In this document: positions 16,801-23,760 of the stretch, in pieces
Numbering within the stretch: position 1 is the first letter of the stretch
How the letters are laid out: each line of letters starts with the position of its first letter
IMG/VR virus record: IMGVR_UViG_3300032247_001974
Span: 1 to 26,009 of that record
Source: a virus
Taxonomy: Duplodnaviria; Caudoviricetes
DNA: 26,009 nt
Reading direction: 5' to 3' (one strand)
Notes under the pieces: model-generated
Told to the model about the DNA's origin: nothing
The model's database searches: none
What the model saw: the letters and a program-made list of their open reading frames with translations, nothing else
Made by a program: the position numbers and the translations under genes

Positions 16801-17914
16801 GAGTGCAGCAAGTTATACAGGTACATTGGTATCAGTAACAGGTAATGTGAATGGTGGTAACTTGGTGTCGGCAGCCCTGGTGCAAGGCGCAACCATATCC
16901 AGTACAGGTAGTCTCACCGGAGTCACAGTGAGTGCCACTGGTCGTGTGTTAGCTGCCAGTGGAAATACCGGAAGTCCTGCTTATGGATTTACCGCTGATG
17001 GAGCTCAAGATACTGGGTTTTTCTGGGTCAGCGACGGCGTCATTGGCGTAACTACCAACGGGGTGCAAACAGCTACATTCCTAAATCCAGGGTTCAGTTC
17101 CACAGGTAATATCACTGGCGGTAATATCGCAGCTACAAGTCATACCGGTTCCGTGTTGTCAGTATCCGGAAGTGTCACCGGAGGTAACATAACTGGTAGT
17201 AATCTACTAACAGGTGGGTTGATATCAGCCACAGGTAATATCACTGGCGGCAATCTTGCTGCTACAACTATCACAGGTTCCGTGGTGTCAATGTCAGGTA
17301 ATATCACTGGCGATCAAATTGCTGCAACCAATAACGGTAACGGAACAAACTTCAAAGTTGGTGATGACGTTTGGATCGGAGATATCAACACAGCCGATAC
17401 CATGAGCATACGAGGTCAGTCAGATCGAACAAGAGGATACATAGTGTTCGGCAATGCCGATACCACTTCACAATTGGGTCGTTCAGGATCCGGACCATTG
17501 ACTTACGCAGGAGCATTCAGTGCTACTGGCAACATCACCGCTTCTAATTTAAACGCCGCGGGTTTGAGTTTGAGTTCAAATGTAATATCTGCACTCAATG
17601 TCACTGGCAACATTGCTGGTGGTAACTTATCTACAAGTGGCTTATTGAGTGTCACAGGTAATGTAACGGCCAACAATGGCATGTTTACCAACATAGTGAA
17701 CGTGGCCAGTTACACAGGTGCTGTGGTCAGTGTAACGGGTAATATCACTGGCAGTCGGCTCACTGCCAACAATGGATTGGTATTCAACTCCACCACTGTG
17801 GCTTCGAATGTGACCATTGGTTCGGGATACAATGCCATGAGTGTGGGCCCAATGTCTATAAATAGTGGAATATCAGTCACGGTGGCCAGCGGTCAACGCT
17901 GGTTGATCTTTTAA
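13838..17914 (+). CDS. Very long fibre protein (1358 aa) with G/N/V/T repeat shaft
   Basis: Same repeat units as the 7840 gene, plus a shared 233-aa block and a SPAYGFTADGAQDTGFF motif. C-terminus NAMSVGPMSINSGISVTVASGQRWLIF. Confidence 0.8.
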   Translation: MSLTVILPSGVSNTGNFAVGSLSATGNLTGAYILGNGACLSGVITSVANINNGTSNITVVSSGGNITVGVGGTSNVAVFATTGEYVTGVLSASGNITGGNISTAGNVNGANLVATTLSATGNAIAGNVNTNRVVGTALALSSTGNLNLITTGNVVLSANTYINNLAYPAQNADAATKEYVDNFATTAISYHQPVYAATNTTLEIATGGTITYTQPNGAGNGIGAKLTTTGTYNLIDTANIQTVGTRILVQNQANGVQNGVYTYANTTAIVRSTDTDEYGADSTSALSINDYFFVSNGNVNAGAAFIVSSPSGTITFGTSNIQFSQFSSSQVYTANTAAGLTLVGTVFSTKVDGTTTAFDGGGNITVKASANLTTPNIGAATGTSLSTTGNITGANLNTAGTVSTAGNVVANNVLSTTIVNTASFTGGLVSVTGNVTANNGMFTNIVNVASHTGTLVSVTGNVTANNGMFTNIVNVASHTGTLVSVTGNVTGAYILGNGACLSGVITSVANINNGTSNITVVSSGGNITVGVGGTGNVVVFATTGEYVTGLLSVSGNITGGNLNTTGILSTSGNIAANNVIATTISNAASFTGGLVSVTGNITSGNISAVANVNGANIVATTLSATGNVVANNVVATTIVSAASHTGTLVSVSGNVNGGNLISAALVQGVTVSSSGNVVANNVVATTIVNAASLTGTLVSVSGNVNGGNLVSAALVQGVTVSSSGNVVANNVMATTIVNVASHTGTLVSVTGNVTSGNLITTGSGGTISGTGNINAGNLLTTGLISATGNVNGGNLVSAALVQGATVSSSGNVVANNVTATTIVNVASHTGTIVSVTGNVTGNYFIGNGSQLTGISAGSGNAISNGTSNVTVVTSGGNVTVGIGGTSNVAVFANTGEYVTGVVSVSGNITGANLVTSGSGGNMSGTGNVIANNGMFTNIVNVASHTGALVSVSGNINGGNLISAALVQGVTLSSSGNVVANNVVATTIVSAASYTGTLVSVTGNVNGGNLVSAALVQGATISSTGSLTGVTVSATGRVLAASGNTGSPAYGFTADGAQDTGFFWVSDGVIGVTTNGVQTATFLNPGFSSTGNITGGNIAATSHTGSVLSVSGSVTGGNITGSNLLTGGLISATGNITGGNLAATTITGSVVSMSGNITGDQIAATNNGNGTNFKVGDDVWIGDINTADTMSIRGQSDRTRGYIVFGNADTTSQLGRSGSGPLTYAGAFSATGNITASNLNAAGLSLSSNVISALNVTGNIAGGNLSTSGLLSVTGNVTANNGMFTNIVNVASYTGAVVSVTGNITGSRLTANNGLVFNSTTVASNVTIGSGYNAMSVGPMSINSGISVTVASGQRWLIF
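15118..15291 (+). repeat. Exact 81-nt tandem duplication (about 2.15 copies)
   Basis: ATTGGTATCAGTAACCGGCAACGTCACAGCC...CATACAGGTAC is repeated without mismatch at 15118 and 15199, with a partial third copy at 15280-15291. Confidence 0.9.
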
Positions 17915-17923
17915 GGATAACAA

Positions 17924-18991
17924 ATGGCATCAACGATTTCTGCAGGAACCACAACCAGCACAGGGCTGGTATGCACGGCTGACACCACTGGTGCATTGGT
18001 ATTGCAGACCAATAATGGAACAACTGCGGTCACAATAGACACAAGTCAGAATGTTGGAATCGGAACAACTTCTCCAAGCACATATGGAAAACTAGCTGTA
18101 GTTTCGTCTACGGCCGGCGCAGCAAAAATATCTATACAGGATACATCAGCTGGCGCCGCTGCTCCATTATTGCAATTTGGACTAAATGACACAGGCGGAT
18201 TTAACACATCAGATGCTGCAAGAATATGGACCATTGCTGCAACTACTTCTGTTGCAAGTCTCAATTTTTCCGCTTACAATGGAGGTGCGCCATCTACTGC
18301 TCAAATGGTGTTGACTGGCGGCAAGATGGGTATTGGCACTACTTCGCCCGGCGCGAACCTTGAGGTGAAAGGCGCATCTGGTCAAAACATTTATGTGTCC
18401 TACACGAGCGGTTCGCAACTGCGTTTGAAATCGGATTCCGGTGATTCTGGTGTTGGCACTACTGGCTCAACGCCATTGTTGTTTTTGATAAACAACGGAG
18501 AAGTTGCACGATTCAATTCGTCAGGCAATATTCTTTGTTTATCTGGTGGTTCAACATCCGCATCAGGCACAGGCATTGCTTTTCCCGCAACTCAATCAGC
18601 ATCAGCAGACGCAAACACATTGGATGATTATGAAGAAGGCACGTTCACTCCTAATTTGGTGAACAATGGCTCTTCTAGCACATTTACAGTAAAAAATGGT
18701 TACTACAGAAAAATTGGTAGTTTAGTAATTTGTTGGGTCGATTTTGACAGCGGAAATTCAGGAACTGCCGGTACCACATTACAAGTCACAGGTCTACCTT
18801 TTACCATGGTAACAGGGCCGCGCGCCGCTATGAATGGTGGATTTTGGGGAGCAAATGGTTTAGCAACTAACAATGGTGGGTTTGACCCACAAGGTGGCAC
18901 TACAACTGTAAATATCTATATCGGTGGTGGCATTGTTACATCACAAACAACATATCTTAGTGGAACCATAATTTATATGGCAAGTGCTTAG
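17924..18991 (+). CDS. Short fibre/receptor-binding protein
   Basis: N-terminus MASTISAG...ADTTGALVLQT, two GIGTTSP repeats, C-terminal ANTLDDYEEGTFTP...YYRKIGSLV...GLPF domain typical of phage fibre tips. RBS AAGGA at 17913-17917. Confidence 0.75.
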   Translation: MASTISAGTTTSTGLVCTADTTGALVLQTNNGTTAVTIDTSQNVGIGTTSPSTYGKLAVVSSTAGAAKISIQDTSAGAAAPLLQFGLNDTGGFNTSDAARIWTIAATTSVASLNFSAYNGGAPSTAQMVLTGGKMGIGTTSPGANLEVKGASGQNIYVSYTSGSQLRLKSDSGDSGVGTTGSTPLLFLINNGEVARFNSSGNILCLSGGSTSASGTGIAFPATQSASADANTLDDYEEGTFTPNLVNNGSSSTFTVKNGYYRKIGSLVICWVDFDSGNSGTAGTTLQVTGLPFTMVTGPRAAMNGGFWGANGLATNNGGFDPQGGTTTVNIYIGGGIVTSQTTYLSGTIIYMASA

Positions 18992-19012
18992 TATTTTTAG
19001 GAAGAAAATAAA

Positions 19013-19267
19013 ATGAGTTTAACAAAAGAACAAGCAATTGACAAAATTGAATTTACCGAAAAAGGTATTTTACATGTTCGCCAAATAACAAGAATCATGG
19101 AAGATGGTAATCAACTATCATCTTCTTACCATCGTTGGTCATTTGCTCCTGGAGAAGACATATCTGAAATGCCATCGAATGTGCAAGCAATCGCTGCTGC
19201 TGCATGGACTCCTGCCGTGATTGAAGACTATCAAGCATGGCTTTTAAAATTACAAACTAACCCATGA
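19013..19267 (+). CDS. Small protein, putative chaperone/partner of the preceding fibre
   Basis: 84 aa, DKIE...G...VRQ.TRI.EDG...SSSYHR...VQAIA.AAWT. AGGA RBS and ATGA overlap with the next gene. Role inferred from position. Confidence 0.6.
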   Translation: MSLTKEQAIDKIEFTEKGILHVRQITRIMEDGNQLSSSYHRWSFAPGEDISEMPSNVQAIAAAAWTPAVIEDYQAWLLKLQTNP

Positions 19268-20475
19268 CCACAACAATCAACGCCAGCAGCAGCGGTAGTG
19301 GTGGACTGATCCAGACCGCAGATGCCTCGGGCATCCTTGCCCTGCAAACAGCAGGAACCACTGCGATCACTGTGGATGCCAGTCAGAATGTGGGTGTTGG
19401 AACTGCGTCGCCAGTGGCTAAATTTGCTATCGTTGGCGGAACAACCAACGCCTCAAATTTGGCAACTGCTTATTCCACAGCCGCATTCAATATCACGCCA
19501 AAGAGCTCATCGGGTTATTCGTTGGCTTTTGGTTCCGGGCTAAACGACCGTCCGTATATTCAAATGAGTGCAGCCGGCACGGCCCCTAACGATATAATGA
19601 TTCAGCCTTATGGCGGCAGCCTGGGTATCGGAACTACGGTCAACAACGTGTATGACCAAGTTGCAGCACCGCGGCCGTTGGTGGTTCAACTGTCAGATAC
19701 CAGCACCACGGTAAATGGAAGCAATGCTGCGATAACAATAGTCAACGGCGATACCACAACAAACAACACCGCGCAATTGAATTTCGCTGCTATCACAGGC
19801 GCAAGCACAAATCAGTACTCTTCCGCAATTATTTCAGCAATATTTGGCGCGAGAACCAATGCTCAATACCCAACTGGACAATTGGTATTTGCTACATCAA
19901 CATCATTGAATTCCGCGCCATCAGAGAAGATACGTATCGACTCCGGCGGCAATCTCAAGCTGTCCACTGCCGGAACAAAAATCCTAAACAGTTCTGGCAA
20001 CCCAATCGTTCAACAAACTGGTTCTATTTTGCAAGTGGTAAGCACAACCAAGACAGATACTTTTTCTACTGCTACTACAGGTTCATATGTTGATATAACA
20101 GGACTTTCTGTATCAATAACGCCCACTTCATCTACCAGTAAAATTTTGATACATTATAGTGTGTGTGTAGGTCCAGCCGATGTGCTTTCTATACAACTGG
20201 TTAGAAATTCAACAGCAATCTGTTTAGGTGATGCTGCTACTGGTAGTATTTTTCAAGCAACAGCAGGTGGTGTGGCTGTGGTCAATGGAGATAAAGTTTT
20301 TCCAATAGCCGGTAATTTTTTAGATTCTCCCGCAACTACTTCAGCAACGACGTATAAAATTCAAATGCGAAATTACGTTGGAACAAGTTATGTCAACAGA
20401 ACTCCTAACGATTCAAATGCCGTTTATACTGCTCGTTCAACAAGCACAATCACAGTTATGGAGATAGCAGCATGA
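19264..20475 (+). CDS. Short fibre/receptor-binding protein
   Basis: N-terminus paralogous to the 17924 gene (ADASGILALQT...VDASQNVGVGTASP). C-terminal GSILQVV...GLSVSITPTSSTSKIL...LDSPATTSATTYKIQ...STITVMEIAA beta-sandwich-like domain common in aquatic phage fibres. Confidence 0.75.
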   Translation: MTTTINASSSGSGGLIQTADASGILALQTAGTTAITVDASQNVGVGTASPVAKFAIVGGTTNASNLATAYSTAAFNITPKSSSGYSLAFGSGLNDRPYIQMSAAGTAPNDIMIQPYGGSLGIGTTVNNVYDQVAAPRPLVVQLSDTSTTVNGSNAAITIVNGDTTTNNTAQLNFAAITGASTNQYSSAIISAIFGARTNAQYPTGQLVFATSTSLNSAPSEKIRIDSGGNLKLSTAGTKILNSSGNPIVQQTGSILQVVSTTKTDTFSTATTGSYVDITGLSVSITPTSSTSKILIHYSVCVGPADVLSIQLVRNSTAICLGDAATGSIFQATAGGVAVVNGDKVFPIAGNFLDSPATTSATTYKIQMRNYVGTSYVNRTPNDSNAVYTARSTSTITVMEIAA

Positions 20476-20741
20476 ACCACGAAGCAATATACGCTTTATA
20501 CCCCAATGTAGTTTGCGTTGATGACACCACTGGGGCAATGGACAAAGACGGCAACAAGGTAGAAATTGACCTTGCCTTAGTTAGTGCTTGGGTTGATCCT
20601 AATGCATATAAAAGCAAACGTGCTGCTGAGTACCCACCCATCACCGACTATCTTGACGGTGTTGTCAAAGGCGACCAAGCACAGATTGACAAATACATTG
20701 CTGACTGCCAAGCAGTGAAAGCCAAATATCCAAAAATGTAA
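20472..20741 (+). CDS. Small protein, putative fibre assembly chaperone
   Basis: 89 aa, Y...RAAEYPPI.DYLD...AVKAKYPK motif, ATGA overlap with the upstream fibre gene. Confidence 0.65.
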   Translation: MNHEAIYALYPNVVCVDDTTGAMDKDGNKVEIDLALVSAWVDPNAYKSKRAAEYPPITDYLDGVVKGDQAQIDKYIADCQAVKAKYPKM

Positions 20742-20744
20742 ACC

Positions 20745-21929
20745 ATGACACTTATTCTCAACGGCACAGACAACAGCGCATCAACCCCAGCGGTGACTGG
20801 CACCACTGCCAACACGGGTATCTATTACCCCAACACCAGTCAAGTGGCTGTGAGCACCAACGGCACACAAGCCTTGCTGGTAGATGCCAGCCAGAACGTG
20901 GGCATTGGCACTGCCTCACCAACTGTGAGGCTCACTGTGTCGGGCGCGGTGTCGGTCACAGGCAATATCACAGGCAACTATATCTTGGGCAATGGTTCAC
21001 AGTTGACTGGCGTGGCCAGCGGTGCCAGTTCCAACATCAGCAATGGCACATCAAATGTAACTGTTGTGAGTTCAGGTGGCAACATCACTGTGGGTGTGGG
21101 CGGCACTGCCAATGTGGCTGTGTTTGCTACCACCGGTGTGAGCTCAAGCTCATTTGTAGCGACCGGTGGAGGAAATGCATTTGGTCTCACACTAGCCGGC
21201 AACGCGAATGCAAACTTGCTTATGGCCAACATAGCGGACAATGACTTTTTCCGTATTCAAGTTGGTGGAACAGCAACCAATGCAGGTTTTGTGTCGTTTG
21301 ATACTGCGGATGATGGTACTGAACCAATCTACTTCCGTCAATATACAGGTGTATTTGGAACTATGGTTCGCCAAGCTACAATTCTTGACGCTGCGGGCAA
21401 CACTACTTTGCCTGGTTCGCTCACAATAAACTCAGGTAACGCAGCAACTGCTATCGTCAATGCTGCCGGTAATGGTATAAGTAACATCGGATCCGCTACC
21501 GCATATTTCAGCAGACTGTTTGCCCAGGCAACCACAGCATTGTACGCTGACTTGGCAGAGATGTATACCACGGATGCAGAATATTCTCCGGGTACAGTGA
21601 TGATTTTTGGTGGCAATCAAGAAGTCACTATCAGCACACAAACACACGATCATAGAGTGGCCGGTGTTGTATCTACCAACCCTGCACACATAATGAACTC
21701 CGGACTGCAAGGTGAACACACAGTAGAAGTGGCACTGGTTGGTCGTGTGCCTGTGAGTGTGATTGGTAATATCTCTGCAGGTGATCGAGTTGTGACCAGT
21801 AATCGAGCAGGTGTGGCAGAAGCACTGGACATGAGCCGTTATCAACCAGGTGTGATAATCGGCAAAGCTCTACAAAGCCACACAGGCGACGAAGTTGGCG
21901 TGATCGAAGTGGTGGTAGGAAGATTGTGA
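20745..21929 (+). CDS. Short fibre/spike with C-terminal peptidase G2-like intramolecular chaperone (autocleaving) domain
   Basis: N-terminal STPAVTG...TGIYYP and VDASQNVGIGTASP. From 21543: YADLAEMY...PGTV...GVVSTNPA..MN...VALVGRVPV...GD.VVTS...IIGKAL, matching the AD.AE-type autoproteolytic domain of phi29/GA-1 appendage-like proteins. Confidence 0.7.
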   Translation: MTLILNGTDNSASTPAVTGTTANTGIYYPNTSQVAVSTNGTQALLVDASQNVGIGTASPTVRLTVSGAVSVTGNITGNYILGNGSQLTGVASGASSNISNGTSNVTVVSSGGNITVGVGGTANVAVFATTGVSSSSFVATGGGNAFGLTLAGNANANLLMANIADNDFFRIQVGGTATNAGFVSFDTADDGTEPIYFRQYTGVFGTMVRQATILDAAGNTTLPGSLTINSGNAATAIVNAAGNGISNIGSATAYFSRLFAQATTALYADLAEMYTTDAEYSPGTVMIFGGNQEVTISTQTHDHRVAGVVSTNPAHIMNSGLQGEHTVEVALVGRVPVSVIGNISAGDRVVTSNRAGVAEALDMSRYQPGVIIGKALQSHTGDEVGVIEVVVGRL

Positions 21930-22364
21930 TTATAGATCACAAGTGATTTCTAGACTTGTTATCTTTTTCTGGATAGCATCTAGATTCACAGTATTCCGCA
22001 ATCCCGGATGCAACGGTCTTGGTAATCTTCCACTGTGTATCCAAGCATAGCCCACATGCTCATGATTGAGTTCTGGAATAAACTCATGATCCACTCTACA
22101 CCAAAAAGTATGATATTCAAATCCCCCGTCTGGTGATGTGAATTTTTCAATAGGTATCAGCTGCCGATACTCAGGCATGCTGCCTAACTCTTCACTGCAT
22201 TCACGCTCCACAGCGGTGATTAGTGTTTCGTCAGCTTCTACCTTGCCACCGGCCAGCCCCCAGGTGTCGGGGTATTTGGAATCATTGCGTAAGAGATATA
22301 GATAGCAGCGGGTTCTTGCACAGTAGAACCAAACTCCTACTGCTTTTACAATACCAGGTTCCAT
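21930..22364 (-). CDS. Nudix hydrolase
   Basis: Complete Nudix box GKVEADETLITAVERECSEELG (GX5EX7REUXEEXG). Overlaps the end of the gp15-like gene by 19 nt. Confidence 0.9.
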   Translation of the reverse strand: MEPGIVKAVGVWFYCARTRCYLYLLRNDSKYPDTWGLAGGKVEADETLITAVERECSEELGSMPEYRQLIPIEKFTSPDGGFEYHTFWCRVDHEFIPELNHEHVGYAWIHSGRLPRPLHPGLRNTVNLDAIQKKITSLEITCDL

Positions 22365-23758
22365 GTGCCTCCGGTGTACAAACCGTCAATGCTTTTGACC
22401 CATTTAGATCCATCGGTGTTGTTCCAGTAGTATTGGATACCAGTGGTAAGATTGATCACATATTGTGCATCTGTGGAATCTTGACTGTTGAATGCAACCA
22501 CCCAACGTGTGCCATTGTATTCAATGATGTCATTGGCATGTGCTATCAGGGGTTGTCCGCCAGTGCCTTCCCATGCTATGGGATTACTTGGATTAGTGGC
22601 AGATCCAGTGCTGTCATTCAACAGATATCTTTGACCAACTGCGGCAGGATCTAGCCCATTGCCCGGAGAACTAGTCAATGGATTTATTACCGCATCTATA
22701 GGTGCCAGTGTGTTTTGTGGTGCAGTGTCAGGATTGATATTGTAGATCAACAATCGATCATCAGCAGGATTCACAGCGATAGTGCCTACGATAGGGCTAT
22801 CAGGATCCCAAGGATTGTCCAATGTGATATAACTGATACCCGGGCGCAACACACCATAAGCATTGATCACAGTAGGCCAAGTGATCTGTGGAGTTTCTAC
22901 TATGGGAAAAGTGAATGTATCCAGGCTCAATCGATTTGGATTTACAGGTTGTGGTGGTTGTAATACCTGCAACTGGCCGTCCAACAACAGCACTTGATAA
23001 CTCCAAGGAGTCACCTTGACTCGAGTGCCCAGTAACAAATCATTGTTAGTTATAGCGTTTACGGTATCTCCCTGTGCATCAAATATACTGGCGATCACAC
23101 GTTCCACCACACCCAATTTCTTGATCTTGGCCGGCGAACTAATCCAGATAGGCATGCTGAATGTCATGGTCATGATGTCTATAGGATCGTTTGTGCCTTG
23201 AGGAACAGACCTACTGGTCCACTTGACATTGTCGAGATTGCACACAGTGAGACTGGTCCAGTCAATATAGTTGTCTGTGGCTTGAATTTCTAAAGCAGGA
23301 TTAAACAGCGTGGCGATCTGTTCAAACAACTGCATCTTCTGATTGGTATTACTTGTCCAGATATCCAGATCAATGGTGAGTTTGTACGGCACAGGCATGA
23401 GTCTTTCCACTTGGAAAGCATTGCCCTGTGTGGTTTCGTAACTTTCTGTGCCTGGATCCCAAGTGCGCTGACGTACCATCATCTTGTTCACATGATACGG
23501 CTCTTGCATACGTTCACGATCATAAGCAAGACCAGTGATGTGGAAGGTCATCATGGGGGTAGCGTTTAAGCTATTGGCTGAGTTTTGATTCAATATGGTC
23601 TGTGCTTGTCTGCTGGCATCACCATATCGTATGGGCACACGTACTAGGTCAGTGGTGCCTTGCTCGTCACGGCCATATTCGACTTCAAACAAACTGAACA
23701 TGCGTGTGAATTGCAGCAGATAGCGACGGATTTGTTCGTCGTAAAAAAATAATTGCAT
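22346..23758 (-). CDS. gp15: T4 gp15-like tail completion/sheath-stabilising protein with C-terminal extension
   Basis: FFYDEQIRRYLLQF..MFS...RVPIRYG...PMMTF.ITGL.YD.ER...MPVPYKL...L.IW...Q.FEQI...FNP matches the gp15 motif series. Lies directly downstream of the gp14-like gene. Confidence 0.8.
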   Translation of the reverse strand: MQLFFYDEQIRRYLLQFTRMFSLFEVEYGRDEQGTTDLVRVPIRYGDASRQAQTILNQNSANSLNATPMMTFHITGLAYDRERMQEPYHVNKMMVRQRTWDPGTESYETTQGNAFQVERLMPVPYKLTIDLDIWTSNTNQKMQLFEQIATLFNPALEIQATDNYIDWTSLTVCNLDNVKWTSRSVPQGTNDPIDIMTMTFSMPIWISSPAKIKKLGVVERVIASIFDAQGDTVNAITNNDLLLGTRVKVTPWSYQVLLLDGQLQVLQPPQPVNPNRLSLDTFTFPIVETPQITWPTVINAYGVLRPGISYITLDNPWDPDSPIVGTIAVNPADDRLLIYNINPDTAPQNTLAPIDAVINPLTSSPGNGLDPAAVGQRYLLNDSTGSATNPSNPIAWEGTGGQPLIAHANDIIEYNGTRWVVAFNSQDSTDAQYVINLTTGIQYYWNNTDGSKWVKSIDGLYTGGTWNLVL

Positions 23759-23760
23759 AG

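Noticed and set aside
10441-16900. CRISPR-like array
   Set aside because: The repeats are in-frame coding units of 81/147/162 nt with synonymous variation and no unique spacers, and there are no cas genes.
1597-18991. Stop-codon reassignment as seen in some large phages
   Set aside because: Genes tile densely under the standard code, and TAG (1597-1599, 3366-3368, 18989-18991), TGA and TAA all fall at sensible gene ends.
6270-21845. Many antisense ORFs over the fibre genes (e.g. 6729-7577, 14830-15744, 10341-11489)
   Set aside because: They are shadows of low-complexity G/N/V/T codons that rarely give reverse-strand stops. Their LPV-rich translations mirror the sense repeats and they have no independent signals.
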